NCBI GenBank assembly: GCA_026389455.1
Contig: JAPLHV010000157.1
Coordinates: forward strand, 10,786-74,785
DNA length: 64,000 nt
From: Coprothermobacterota bacterium
GTDB taxonomy: Bacteria; Caldisericota; JANLFM01
Reading direction: 5' to 3'
Positions 9,881 through 20,013 of the stretch are shown piece after piece (positions within the stretch are counted from its first letter, which is position 1; each line of letters begins with the position of its first letter). A model generated the notes under the pieces. The model was not told the origin of the DNA. It searched no databases and was given only the letters and a program-made list of their open reading frames with translations. Position numbers and translations under genes: made by a program.

Positions 9881-10988
9881 CAAACAAACAGACCAAAACC
9901 GGAAAGAGCCTCAACATCGAGCAACGCGGTCCAAAATGCCGAACATCTCGAGACTCTCCATGGCCTCTCCTCTCGCTTATGTGATCGCCTTTTTGCTCAC
10001 CTTCCTCATCGGCGGAGCGGTGATCTACGCCCTTACCGGGCAAAACCCCATTGCGGTTTACGGCTCATTCTTTTCCCACAGTTTCTTTTCGCAATACGGC
10101 ATCCTGGAAGTGCTGGCGAAAGCGACGCCGATCATCATTGCCGGCGCAGGAATGATCATTGCTTTCCGCTGCGGCCTGTGGAATCTGGGGGCGGAAGGGC
10201 AAATGGCGATTGGAGCGATCGTAGCAACAGCCATCGGCGTCAACCTCAATCTGCCGGCCGGCATCTTATTGCCGGTCATATTCCTCGCTTCTTTCATAGG
10301 CGGCGCTCTGTGGTCCGGAATCGCTGGATTTCTGAAGACCAAGTTTGGCGTCCACGAAATGCTCTCTACCCTAATGCTGAACTACATTGCTTTGAAGTTG
10401 TTGGAGTATATGATCAGCGGACCTCTCAGCATGCCCCATCCTAACTACCCCAGGACTTCGGAAATCCTGTCGCAGGCGCAGATGCCTTTCCTCCAATACC
10501 CGCTTAATACAACCTTCCTTATCGCTTTGGCGCTCATTCCAATCGTCTGGTTCATCATCAATCGCACCAGCCTTGGGTATCGTTTGCAGGCTGTCGGCTT
10601 TGGGCGTGAAGCGGCACGGCTGGCAGGCATGGACATCGCCAAGCTGACGATGATCGTGATGTTGATCAGCGGCGGTATCGCTGCGCTAGGCGGCACCGTC
10701 GAAGTTGTGGGCGACTTCATGAGAATGGAGAGAAATGTCACTGGGGGCTATGGATTCACTGCCATCGTGGTGGTGATGTTGGCCAGAGAGGAAATCATCG
10801 CCATGCCGTTTGCGGCTTTTTTTATCTCCGGCATGATCGTCGGCGCCTCTTCCCTTACTCTCGCCGGAATCCCCGCTTCCTTTTCGCAAATACTCATCGG
10901 TCTCTTGCTGTTGTGCGTAATCTTTGCCGGATACATCGAGCGATGGTTGAGGCAGCGATGGGAATATGCCGGGAAAATGGCATGTTAG
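9870..10988 (+). CDS. ABC transporter permease (BMP-family importer, permease 1)
   Basis: Multi-TM hydrophobic protein; TTG start 10 nt after GAAGGAGG; overlaps the ATPase stop. Confidence 0.7.
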   Translation: METSKQTDQNRKEPQHRATRSKMPNISRLSMASPLAYVIAFLLTFLIGGAVIYALTGQNPIAVYGSFFSHSFFSQYGILEVLAKATPIIIAGAGMIIAFRCGLWNLGAEGQMAIGAIVATAIGVNLNLPAGILLPVIFLASFIGGALWSGIAGFLKTKFGVHEMLSTLMLNYIALKLLEYMISGPLSMPHPNYPRTSEILSQAQMPFLQYPLNTTFLIALALIPIVWFIINRTSLGYRLQAVGFGREAARLAGMDIAKLTMIVMLISGGIAALGGTVEVVGDFMRMERNVTGGYGFTAIVVVMLAREEIIAMPFAAFFISGMIVGASSLTLAGIPASFSQILIGLLLLCVIFAGYIERWLRQRWEYAGKMAC

Positions 10989-11095
10989 CCAACTCTCCAA
11001 GACTCCCTTGTCGCCAGGAGCTTCCACTTCAGCAGACCTTGGCATCTGCGAAGTTCAGCATGATCTCGAACCATGACCTTTGTGTGAGGTGAGCA

Positions 11096-12022
11096 ATGAC
11101 TCTCGATCTGATCGTCAACCTTCTGTTTGCAACGCTCAACATCTTGCCGATTTATCTGATCGCTTCTTTGGGGGGATACCTTTCTCAACGCGTCGGCGTG
11201 TACGATATCAGCATGGAAGGCAACATGACCTTTGCCGCCGTGTTGGGAATCATTGGTTTTTTTGTCGCAGACTCGCCTTGGATGGGCTTACTATTCGGTT
11301 TCCTGGGCGGTGTATTCTTCGGTTTAATACTCGCGACATTGGCGGTGAGATTCAACTTAGATCAGATCGTCATTGGTTTTGGCTTATGGTTCCTCGGTCT
11401 CGGTCTTGGCAGTTTCCTCTATAAGCTCTATGTTCCCTCCGACCAGCATACCATCGGCTTTTCTACGCTCGGTCAGCTTGTCGGGTATAAAGGAGAGTTG
11501 ACCGGATTCGCACGTTTCCTGGAGTTGGATGTCATTTTCTATCTTTCCATCCTGCTCCTGATCATTATTTCACTGGTGGTTTACCGAACCAGACTGGGGC
11601 TTCAGATGAGAGCCACCGGAGAGAATCCTGCCGCCGCGGATGCTGCAGGAGTGAACATCTTCAGGATCCGCTATTTCACCATCTTGGTGGGCGCCGGCCT
11701 TGTCGGGATCGCCGGCGCATATCTGGCGGTTGCTTTTCTCCAAGGCTTCACTTCCGGGATGGTTGCCGGCCGCGGCTGGATCGCCTTTTCCATCGTGATA
11801 TTCGGACGCTGGAAACCATCGAACATCTTCTGGGGTTGCCTCTTGTTCGCTGGAATCAATGGATTGCAGGTAAGGCTACAAACCATCGGTGTGACGATTC
11901 CATCCGACTTAATGACCATGGCTCCCTATATCGTCACACTGATTGCATTGGTGATCATCATGTCAAGAAGCGGTAGATCCCGCATACCATCGGCATTGGG
12001 AATTCCGTACTATAGAGAATGA
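11096..12022 (+). CDS. ABC transporter permease (BMP-family importer, permease 2)
   Basis: Multi-TM protein; ATG after GAGGTGA. Confidence 0.7.
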   Translation: MTLDLIVNLLFATLNILPIYLIASLGGYLSQRVGVYDISMEGNMTFAAVLGIIGFFVADSPWMGLLFGFLGGVFFGLILATLAVRFNLDQIVIGFGLWFLGLGLGSFLYKLYVPSDQHTIGFSTLGQLVGYKGELTGFARFLELDVIFYLSILLLIIISLVVYRTRLGLQMRATGENPAAADAAGVNIFRIRYFTILVGAGLVGIAGAYLAVAFLQGFTSGMVAGRGWIAFSIVIFGRWKPSNIFWGCLLFAGINGLQVRLQTIGVTIPSDLMTMAPYIVTLIALVIIMSRSGRSRIPSALGIPYYRE

Positions 12023-12103
12023 GAAAGAAAGGAGAGCATTGATTTTTGTTCCAATGGAAACACTTAGCAAGTTTGCCCAAAAACAAGGAGGAAAAGAAGG
12101 TAA

Positions 12104-14167
12104 ATGGGTAAAAAGACTGTAGTATTGCTGGTTACTTTGGTTTTGTTAGCAACATTCCTAATCGGATGCGCCGCTCCGGCGGCTACGCCAACTCCGACAG
12201 CTACTCAAACAGCTTCCTCGCCAACGCCGACTCCGACCTCAGCAAAACTGACACTTGCTGCAATCTTGTATGGCCACGCCAATGAAGGAACCTGGGATCC
12301 GGCTGGATACAAAGGAATCCTTTCAGTACAGGAGAAAATTCCCTTCGAGCTTAGCATGAGTGAAGCAGTGAGCTCCCAGGATGCTGAAAAAGTGATCCGC
12401 GATTGGGCTGCGCGAGGGACCAACATTGTTTTCGCCCACAGCGATACATACACCGATCAATTAATCACGGTGGCCGCCAATTTTCCCAATGTCTATTTCA
12501 TTGGTGAGTTCGGCATTGATCCCGCAGTGAAAGCCTCCGAACCAGACCAGGCGAAGTATCAAAAAGCCAATGCGCCAAAGAACCTCGTTTTCCTTGGCGA
12601 CACACCGGAGGAAGGCAACTATCTCGCTGGTTACGCAGCCGCATTATCGAGCAAGTCTGGCAAGATCGGGATCCTGCAACCTTTTGAATCCGGAACCATG
12701 AACCGTTACACCAACGCGTTCATTTATGGCGCCAAGGCTGCCAAACCAGACATCCAGACTCTCGTCGTCTATGTAGGTGATTACGTGGCGCCCGCTGAGA
12801 CGAGAGATGGCATCAAGAGCATGGCACAGCAGGGAGCGGATGTCATATTCACGGAGTTGGACGATAATTCGTCGATCCTGGAATGCGCCGCCCAGAAGAT
12901 CCAGTGCGTCGCCATGTATGTGGACAAGATGGATTTCGATCCAAAGACTGTCCTATCTTCCGTGGTTCAAGATTGGTCTGTTCAATTGATGAGCGCGGTT
13001 GAAGCAGTGCAAAAAGGCGCTTGGACTGCCTTCCGCCAGGCTAACTACTTCCAACCTCAAACGCTTTCCAATGGCTCCGTACACCTTGGCGCCTGGGGTA
13101 CTGCGGCAACGGAAGATGTGAAGAAAGCAGTCGCTGGCGTCGAAGCCAAGATCATCTCCGGGGAAATCAAGGTTCCTATGGACGATTCCAAGCCTCTCTC
13201 CGGCCCGAAATTGTCGGTAACAGCCATTCTTCCCGGCCAAGCCAATGAAGGCACCTGGTGTACAGCGATCATGGAAGGATTTGCTAATGCTCAGAAAGTC
13301 GTCGCGTTCGATCTCAACCTGAACGAAGCGACGGAAAATCAGGATGCCAACAAGGCAATGACGGACTGGGCCGGGCAAAATGTGAATGTGATCATGTGCC
13401 ACGGCAACCAATACACGGATTCCGCCATTGAGGTCGCCTCTCGTTTCCCCAATGTGTATTTTATCGGAGAGGCTTACATCGACCCAGATTCGATCGTCGG
13501 TGACCCAGCACAGGACAAGTACCAAAAAGCCAATACGCCAAAGAACTTTGTTCTCGCCGGCGTGACACCAGAGGTAGGGAACTACCTGGCCGGCTATGCG
13601 GCCGGGCTGATGAGCAAGTCAGGAATGGTGGGCGTCTTGCAACCGTTCGAAGCTGCGCCCTTGAATCGCCAGTCCAATGCGTTCATTTTCGGAGCCCAAG
13701 CAGCGAATCCCAACATCAAGTTCAGTGTCGTCTATATGGGCAATTATGTCGCTCCTGACTTAACCAGGGATGCCGTGAAGTCGTTAAAGGAACAAGGCGC
13801 AGACATCATTTTATCGGAAATGGATGACAACTCCGCCATCTTGGAATGCGCTGCCAATGGTATTTACTGCGTCACCCCTTGGGCAGAGAGACATGATCTC
13901 GACCCAAAGACGAATTTGGTCAGTGTTTTTACTGACTTCTCCGTAGCGCTGACAGGCGCCCTTGAGGCAATTCAAACGGGTACTTGGGATGCTTATCGGG
14001 AAAGCAACTATTTCACGCCTCAGACGTTGGCCAATGGTGGCACGAGACTTGGTGTTTGGGGAGATACCGTTCCGGAAGACGTCAAGACGAAAGTTGCAGC
14101 GATCGAGGCAAAGCTTAAGGACGGCAGCTTGAAGGTTGAATGGAGCACAGAAAAGCCAGCCCAATAA
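12104..14167 (+). CDS. BMP-family (PnrA/Med-like) substrate-binding lipoprotein with two tandem BMP domains
   Basis: Signal peptide plus lipobox LIGC, then a Pro/Thr-rich linker. Two internally homologous ~320-aa halves share NEGTW, PNVYFIGE, KYQKAN.PKN, GNYLAGYAA and DDNS.ILECAA blocks. Confidence 0.75.
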   Translation: MGKKTVVLLVTLVLLATFLIGCAAPAATPTPTATQTASSPTPTPTSAKLTLAAILYGHANEGTWDPAGYKGILSVQEKIPFELSMSEAVSSQDAEKVIRDWAARGTNIVFAHSDTYTDQLITVAANFPNVYFIGEFGIDPAVKASEPDQAKYQKANAPKNLVFLGDTPEEGNYLAGYAAALSSKSGKIGILQPFESGTMNRYTNAFIYGAKAAKPDIQTLVVYVGDYVAPAETRDGIKSMAQQGADVIFTELDDNSSILECAAQKIQCVAMYVDKMDFDPKTVLSSVVQDWSVQLMSAVEAVQKGAWTAFRQANYFQPQTLSNGSVHLGAWGTAATEDVKKAVAGVEAKIISGEIKVPMDDSKPLSGPKLSVTAILPGQANEGTWCTAIMEGFANAQKVVAFDLNLNEATENQDANKAMTDWAGQNVNVIMCHGNQYTDSAIEVASRFPNVYFIGEAYIDPDSIVGDPAQDKYQKANTPKNFVLAGVTPEVGNYLAGYAAGLMSKSGMVGVLQPFEAAPLNRQSNAFIFGAQAANPNIKFSVVYMGNYVAPDLTRDAVKSLKEQGADIILSEMDDNSAILECAANGIYCVTPWAERHDLDPKTNLVSVFTDFSVALTGALEAIQTGTWDAYRESNYFTPQTLANGGTRLGVWGDTVPEDVKTKVAAIEAKLKDGSLKVEWSTEKPAQ

Positions 14168-14190
14168 TACCGGATCTACAAGGAATTCTC

Positions 14191-14223
14191 GTATCAAAGG
14201 CCTCGAACTGAGGCCTTTGATAC
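14191..14223 (+). terminator. Strong hairpin (14-bp stem, 5-nt loop) after the binding-protein gene; no U-tract
   Basis: GTATCAAAGGCCTC gaact GAGGCCTTTGATAC perfect inverted repeat. Confidence 0.3.
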
Positions 14224-14285
14224 GTACGAGAAAAGATAGTGATCTCCAGTACAAAGCGTAAGCTAATTATTATTCGAGGTGAATC

Positions 14286-15311
14286 ATGAAAGCAGCAAGG
14301 CTTCATCCAGGAGAATCAAAGCTTAGATTGGAAGATGTTGAAAAGCCAGAGCCTTTGGCAGGATGTGCAATTATCAAGGTGAGAGCCGCTGGAGTCTGTG
14401 CAACGGAAACCCACTTCGTGGAAGGGTTGATCCCTGTAGGCGCCCCCTTGGTGTTGGGGCATGAAATCGCTGGAGACATCGAGTCGATCGATACGTCTAT
14501 TAAAACCTCCCTAAAAGCGGGAGATCGCGTTGCCGTATACAACATGATGAGTTGCGGTGATTGCTTCAACTGCCGCAATGACATGGAAAATATGTGCACA
14601 CAAGCTGCCGGCCAGCTTGGTTTCAATGCCGACGGAGGTTTTCAGGAGTATGTTCGGGCGCCAATACGTTCCTTGGTGGCCCTACCGGCCAACGTCTCAT
14701 ACGAGGAAGGCGCTGTTCACGCATGCTCCGGCATGACTGCCGTTCATGCGACACGGTTGGCCAGCACAAAGATCGGCGACATCGTCGGCGTACATGGAGT
14801 AGGGGGAGTCGGCCTGATGTGCATCCAGGTCGCCAAGCTCTGTGGCGCCAAAGTGATCGCCATCGCAGACTCAGAAGAGAAGGCCACTCTTGCCAAAGAG
14901 GTTGGCGCAGACGATGCGATTGTCTGTTCAAACTATGCGGCTTTGCCTGAAGCGATCAAGGAAGCAACCGCTGGCGCTGGCATGGATGTAGTCTATGATT
15001 TGGTCGGCAGCACAGTGGGATGGAATGCCATGGTCGATTCCTTGGCTTGCCGTGGGCGCTTGGTTATCATCGGCTATCGTAAGGAAGATATGCTTAATTT
15101 CTATCCTGTCGGCATGCTCTTGAAAGAAGGGCAAATCCTTACTTCCGTGGCTGGTTGCAAGCGAGACCTGGAGCTTTCGCTGCGTTATGCCGATGAAGGG
15201 CGAATTACCACCATTGTCGCCAATCGAGTTCCGCTGGAGATGGTGAATGAAGCGATTCAGTTGATCATTGACCGGAAGGTGAAGGGAAGAAGCGTTATCA
15301 CCACACCCTAA
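14286..15311 (+). CDS. Zn-dependent alcohol dehydrogenase (MDR family)
   Basis: GHE motif region (VLGHEIAGDI), cysteine-rich structural-Zn loop (CGDCFNCRN) and a Rossmann GVHGVGGVG motif. Confidence 0.8.
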   Translation: MKAARLHPGESKLRLEDVEKPEPLAGCAIIKVRAAGVCATETHFVEGLIPVGAPLVLGHEIAGDIESIDTSIKTSLKAGDRVAVYNMMSCGDCFNCRNDMENMCTQAAGQLGFNADGGFQEYVRAPIRSLVALPANVSYEEGAVHACSGMTAVHATRLASTKIGDIVGVHGVGGVGLMCIQVAKLCGAKVIAIADSEEKATLAKEVGADDAIVCSNYAALPEAIKEATAGAGMDVVYDLVGSTVGWNAMVDSLACRGRLVIIGYRKEDMLNFYPVGMLLKEGQILTSVAGCKRDLELSLRYADEGRITTIVANRVPLEMVNEAIQLIIDRKVKGRSVITTP

Positions 15312-15423
15312 ATCACGTTGGATATTCGCCATTTGATCTTGGCGTCTATTCCCGCTTTAATGGTTTTATCCCATAATGATTTGATCTCATCGCAGGAATG
15401 ATGAATCAAAAGAAGGAGAAATT

Positions 15424-16161
15424 ATGAGAAAAGCGATACCAGAGCAGGTTTCCCAGACGGAAATTACCTTCAAAGTAGAGGAAATTGAGGCAATACTCAG
15501 TCCGCCAGACATGGTCATTAAACCTTGGTCCCCGATGTACTGTGACCTTAAGCAGAAGGACGGCGCCAAGAAGACCATGTTGATCCGATCCATCGAGCGA
15601 GATGAGATTCCTCTCGTTCTCCCCTACATCAAGCGGTATATGGATATTGATCGAGACCTTTACGATGTGGTCGGCGCTCGCGTCTATGCTGAGTTATTGG
15701 CCATGTTACGGAATCGGATCAAAGATGAGTACTTCTTGATTGGAACGGTGGATGGCGAATTGGCGGGTATCGCCAATGGTCGTCTACTCAGTGAGAAGAT
15801 CAACATCAGCTTGCATACCATGGCCTTCATGCGGGGGATGAACGCAGGAGCTGTCCTGTATTATGCGAAGTGCGTCTATTGTTTCGAGGTTCTCCAACAG
15901 GAAGAGTTCTGGGCAACCTACGAAAGCTATAACGGTTGGAAAAGGTGGGGCATCGGCATGGCCTTGCCTACTTACCCATACCCGGATGTGCAACACGAAT
16001 TGGGTGGCGCCCGTGTTTTCTACCTCACGCGCAAGTACTGGGATGCCTATATCCGTGAGTACACCAAACAATTGGCTGGGACGGAGCTTCTACCCAATCC
16101 GCTACCGGAATTGTTAGAAAAAAACAAACAGCTCATCATTCCAACAGAAATCCTTGTCTAA
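15424..16161 (+). CDS. Hypothetical protein (245 aa), no recognisable motif
   Basis: ORF with a good AGGAGA RBS; sits between the ADH and decarboxylase genes in the same orientation. Confidence 0.5.
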   Translation: MRKAIPEQVSQTEITFKVEEIEAILSPPDMVIKPWSPMYCDLKQKDGAKKTMLIRSIERDEIPLVLPYIKRYMDIDRDLYDVVGARVYAELLAMLRNRIKDEYFLIGTVDGELAGIANGRLLSEKINISLHTMAFMRGMNAGAVLYYAKCVYCFEVLQQEEFWATYESYNGWKRWGIGMALPTYPYPDVQHELGGARVFYLTRKYWDAYIREYTKQLAGTELLPNPLPELLEKNKQLIIPTEILV

Positions 16162-16263
16162 AGAAGAGGCTCAGGCAGTCTTCCTGAATGGGGGGGGGCT
16201 GCCTGAGCATTCCCAGGGACAAGAGGGTCTGGTCATAATGGTTCGATCAAGTGGAGGAAAATA

Positions 16264-17805
16264 GTGGACGAGCTTATTAGACAATTGGCTGAACAGAAGA
16301 AGAAGATAACGGAGGGCATGGGGGAAAAAGCAGCGGAAAGCCGGCACAAAAAGGGCCAGCTTACGGCGCGTGAGCGGATCGAACGGCTATTGGATCCCGG
16401 ATCCTTTCAGGAGCTGGATCGGTTCGTAAAAACACGGTCTACCTACTTTGGGTTGGATAAGAAAGATATCCCCGCAGAAGGGGTGATTACTGGATTAGGT
16501 TTGGTGAATGGCCGGCGTGTCGCCTTGTCTGCCCAGGACTTCTCCGTTTTAGGTGGTTCAATAGGGGAGATGCATGGTCTGAAAATGATGAATATGCAGG
16601 ATCTTGCTCTGAAAATGGGCATTCCCTTTCTTTGCTTGAACGATTCAGGCGGCGCTCGCATTCAAGAGGGAATCGATTCATTGATGAGCATCGCTGAAGT
16701 GATGAAGCGAAACAGCCTTGCCTCTGGCGTAATACCTCAAATTTCGATGGTGTTGGGTCCGGTGGCAGCCGGAGCAGCCTATTCGCCATCCCTGATGGAT
16801 TTCGTGATAATGACTGAGATTGCCACGATGTACATTACCGGCCCCGACGTACTGGAAGCGGTAACGGGTCAGAAAACGACTCACGAGCAGTTGGGTGGAG
16901 GAATGGTTCACAATCAACTGAGCGGAGTAGCTCATTTCCTCACCAAAGACGACAGTGCAGCGATTTCCTTAGTAAAGAAGCTTTTATCTTTTCTTCCAGA
17001 CAATTATCTGCATGAATCCCCACTATCTCCGAATCAGGATTCAATCAGTCGAGTGGATGAATCGTTGCGGGTTATCGTTCCTGCAAATCCCTCTAAATCC
17101 TATGATGTGAAGGAAGTGATCCACCGGTTCGTCGATCTTAGCGATTTCCTGGAAGTCCACGCACTCTTTGCACCAAACGCGGTCGTTGGGTTCGCTCGAT
17201 TGGGGGGGCGAGCCGTCGGGATCGTGGCTAATCAGACCCAATACCGGGCCGGAGCTATGGATATCAATGCGTCCGATAAGATCGCTCGCTTCGTCCGTTT
17301 CTGCGATTGTTTCAATATTCCCCTGATCACGTTGGTGGATACGCCAGGATTCTTCCCCGGTATCGAACAAGAGCATGGCGGCATCATTCGGCATGGCGCC
17401 AAAGTACTCTTTGCCTACAGTGAGGCGACAGTGCCAAAGATTACCTTGATTCTTCGCAAAGCTTATGGTGGAGCTTACATAGCCATGTGCTCGAAGCACT
17501 TAGGGGGCGATCTATCTTTCGCCTACCCGACAGCAGAGGTTGCGGTGATGGGCGCTGAAGGAGCTGTCAATATCTGTTTCCGCAAAGAGATCGCCGAGGC
17601 AGCTGATCCGGCGCAAGCCCGAAAAGAGAAAATCGAGCAATACCGATCGCAGTTTTCCAATCCCTTCCGAGCTGCTGAGCGCAGTTATGTTGATGATATC
17701 ATCGACCCGAAAGATACGAGGCCGGTGTTGGCAAGCGCTTTGGAGTTTCTCCGCTCCAAGAGCGTCGAGGCGCCCGATAAGAAGCACAGCAATATGCCCT
17801 TATAG
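16264..17805 (+). CDS. Acyl-CoA carboxyltransferase subunit (methylmalonyl-CoA decarboxylase alpha / propionyl-CoA carboxylase beta family)
   Basis: About 513 aa with the N- and C-terminal carboxyltransferase domains typical of PccB/MmdA; GTG start after GGAGGA. Confidence 0.8.
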   Translation: MDELIRQLAEQKKKITEGMGEKAAESRHKKGQLTARERIERLLDPGSFQELDRFVKTRSTYFGLDKKDIPAEGVITGLGLVNGRRVALSAQDFSVLGGSIGEMHGLKMMNMQDLALKMGIPFLCLNDSGGARIQEGIDSLMSIAEVMKRNSLASGVIPQISMVLGPVAAGAAYSPSLMDFVIMTEIATMYITGPDVLEAVTGQKTTHEQLGGGMVHNQLSGVAHFLTKDDSAAISLVKKLLSFLPDNYLHESPLSPNQDSISRVDESLRVIVPANPSKSYDVKEVIHRFVDLSDFLEVHALFAPNAVVGFARLGGRAVGIVANQTQYRAGAMDINASDKIARFVRFCDCFNIPLITLVDTPGFFPGIEQEHGGIIRHGAKVLFAYSEATVPKITLILRKAYGGAYIAMCSKHLGGDLSFAYPTAEVAVMGAEGAVNICFRKEIAEAADPAQARKEKIEQYRSQFSNPFRAAERSYVDDIIDPKDTRPVLASALEFLRSKSVEAPDKKHSNMPL

Positions 17806-17816
17806 AAAGCAGGCAG

Positions 17817-18167
17817 ATGATGCAATTTGTGACCTTGTGGGACGGAGTTCTCCTTTCCCTTATCGGGATGGTCAGCGTATTTGGCGTACTGGCAATCCTC
17901 GGAGCGATTCTCACCCTCTTTCGATACATATTTTACCGGCCTTCCCCTCAAGCCGGATCGTCAATCGTTGAGACAGCACCTCCCCAATCAACCATAGGTT
18001 TACACTTCAGCAAGACGAAAATGGCAGCGATCATGGCCGCAGTCTCCGCTGGCCTCGAGCAACAACCCAAGGCGGACACGATAGAACAGGGGACAACAAC
18101 CGTAGTATCTCGTCCGCATCGCAAATCCTTCAAAATGATCAAGATGGAGCGCTGGAATCGTGATTAG
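17817..18167 (+). CDS. OadG-like small membrane subunit of a Na+-translocating decarboxylase
   Basis: N-terminal single TM helix followed by a Pro/Ala-rich linker; positioned between the carboxyltransferase and the biotin carrier. Confidence 0.5.
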   Translation: MMQFVTLWDGVLLSLIGMVSVFGVLAILGAILTLFRYIFYRPSPQAGSSIVETAPPQSTIGLHFSKTKMAAIMAAVSAGLEQQPKADTIEQGTTTVVSRPHRKSFKMIKMERWNRD

Positions 18168-18552
18168 AAAGTTCAAAGTGAAAGTGGAAGATGAAGTATT
18201 TCTGATTGAGGTGGAAGAGTTAGATAAGGATAAAGTTATCCAAAAGGAGACAGTGAAACCAGTTAGCGAGGTGATTGCGCCTCCTCCAATTCCACAAGTT
18301 ATAAGTGCACCACCAAAAACCCCGAAAATCGCGGCAGCGCCTGGCGTCATTACCGCGCCCCTTCCCGGGAAAATTAACACTATTGCAGTAAAAAGCGGTG
18401 ACGCGCTCAAACGCGGCAACCTGCTTCTACTGATTGAAGCGATGAAGATGGAAAACGAGTTATTTGCTCCCTATGACTGCACCGTCAAGAAGGTTTTCGT
18501 GTCTGTTGGTCAGATGGTGGAGATGGGAGAGCAGTTGCTGGAGATCGGATAA
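18160..18552 (+). CDS. Biotin carboxyl carrier protein subunit
   Basis: Biotinyl-lysine motif EAMKMENE; Ala/Pro-rich linker. Confidence 0.8.
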   Translation: MIRKFKVKVEDEVFLIEVEELDKDKVIQKETVKPVSEVIAPPPIPQVISAPPKTPKIAAAPGVITAPLPGKINTIAVKSGDALKRGNLLLLIEAMKMENELFAPYDCTVKKVFVSVGQMVEMGEQLLEIG

Positions 18553-18558
18553 TCAGAG

Positions 18559-19677
18559 ATGGATGCAATCATCCGCTTGTCCCAAATAACCGGCTTCTCT
18601 GCGTTGACCTGGCAACAGGGGGTTATGATCCTGGTAGGGTTGCTGTTCGTATTCCTGGCCATCTTCAAGAAAACCGAGCCTTTATTGTTGTTGCCGATTG
18701 GCTTTGGTTGCGTCCTTGCCAATCTTCCCCTCACAGGGATTCTGGATGCTCCCTCCGGCATCATCTATCTGCTGCTGCACTTCGGCGTGGAATCCGAGTT
18801 CTTCCCGTTGTTGATTTTTCTTGGGTTGGGAGCGATGACCGATTTCGGCCCCTTGATCGCCAACCCGTGGACCATTCTGATGGGAGCGGCCGCACAATTT
18901 GGTGTATTCGTCGCCATGCTTTTCGCCCAGCTGCTCGGTTTCTCCATTTTGGAAGCCGCTTCCATAGGCATCATCGGCGGGGCAGATGGGCCGACTACCA
19001 TCTATGCAGCCGTTGCTCTGGCGCCTCATCTCCTGGGAACCGTGGCCTTGGCTGCCTACACCTACATGTCGCTGGTGCCAATTATCCAGCCTCCAATCAT
19101 GCGACTTCTCACTACCAAGAAAGAACGCTCCGTGGTGATGGCTCAGTTAAGGCCGGTCTCGAGGGTTGAAAAAGTCCTCTTCCCGATCGTCGTTACGATC
19201 GTCGTCAGCCTGATATTTCCTGCAGTTGGCCCCCTCATCGGTATGTTTATGCTTGGAAACATTCTCAAGGAATCCGGGGTTGTTGAACGATTGGCCAATA
19301 CCGCTGCCAACGATTTGATCAACATCGTCACCATCTTCCTCGCGACCAGCGTTGGAGCGACCATGCAGGGAGATACCTTCCTTACCACCAAGACCTTGGG
19401 CATCGTTCTTCTCGGCTTGATCGCTTTTGCCTTCAGCACAGCCGGCGGTGTTTTGCTGGGAAAACTTTTCTACATAGTGACGCGAGGCAAGGTGAACCCC
19501 TTGATCGGGTCGGCAGGCGTTTCCGCAGTGCCAATGGCCGCGAGGGTATCGCAGCGCGAAGGCCAACGGGAAAACCCAGGGAATTTCCTATTGATGCATG
19601 CCATGGGTCCCAATGTGGCCGGTGTAATCGGCACAGCCGTGGCTGCGGGTGTGTTTTTAGCGTTATTGGGTCGATAA
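18559..19677 (+). CDS. Na+-translocating decarboxylase beta subunit (OadB/MmdB family)
   Basis: 372-aa polytopic membrane protein with the characteristic OadB N-terminus; paralog of the ORF at 22006-23241. Confidence 0.8.
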   Translation: MDAIIRLSQITGFSALTWQQGVMILVGLLFVFLAIFKKTEPLLLLPIGFGCVLANLPLTGILDAPSGIIYLLLHFGVESEFFPLLIFLGLGAMTDFGPLIANPWTILMGAAAQFGVFVAMLFAQLLGFSILEAASIGIIGGADGPTTIYAAVALAPHLLGTVALAAYTYMSLVPIIQPPIMRLLTTKKERSVVMAQLRPVSRVEKVLFPIVVTIVVSLIFPAVGPLIGMFMLGNILKESGVVERLANTAANDLINIVTIFLATSVGATMQGDTFLTTKTLGIVLLGLIAFAFSTAGGVLLGKLFYIVTRGKVNPLIGSAGVSAVPMAARVSQREGQRENPGNFLLMHAMGPNVAGVIGTAVAAGVFLALLGR

Positions 19678-19768
19678 ATACTCCGATTCACAACCCTTAG
19701 GAATCATCCATCAGGATTTTTGGAGCTATTTGATGGCACGAGGTTTGTATTGCAAGAAAAGCTACCTG

Positions 19769-19810
19769 CTAGGAAGGCAGACCGATGCGAGCTGCATCAA
19801 GCCTTCCTAG
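19769..19810 (+). promoter_or_regulatory. 10-bp inverted repeat within the ~330-nt leader of the transporter gene
   Basis: CTAGGAAGGC ... GCCTTCCTAG. Confidence 0.2.
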
Positions 19811-20013
19811 CTGGACGCTCGCTTGAACGCAGTGGTTGTGTATCCTGACAATGTGTCAAAAACGAGGAATACCGAAGAGTATACTTTCTTCCTAAGGAGA
19901 GCTTGGGAACAGAGCAGTTCAGTGATTTCTTCCCCTCGAATCTCATGCACTTTCCACCGCTCCTTTTATCTGAAACCATGCGCTCCAACCGGCGCAAGGA
20001 GGAATAACCAGCA

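Noticed and set aside
16162-16263. Hairpin GCTCAGGCAG...CTGCCTGAGC after the hypothetical gene, considered as a terminator.
   Set aside because: It has a 19-nt loop and no U-tract, so the call was not made. It is mentioned only in the finding on that gene.
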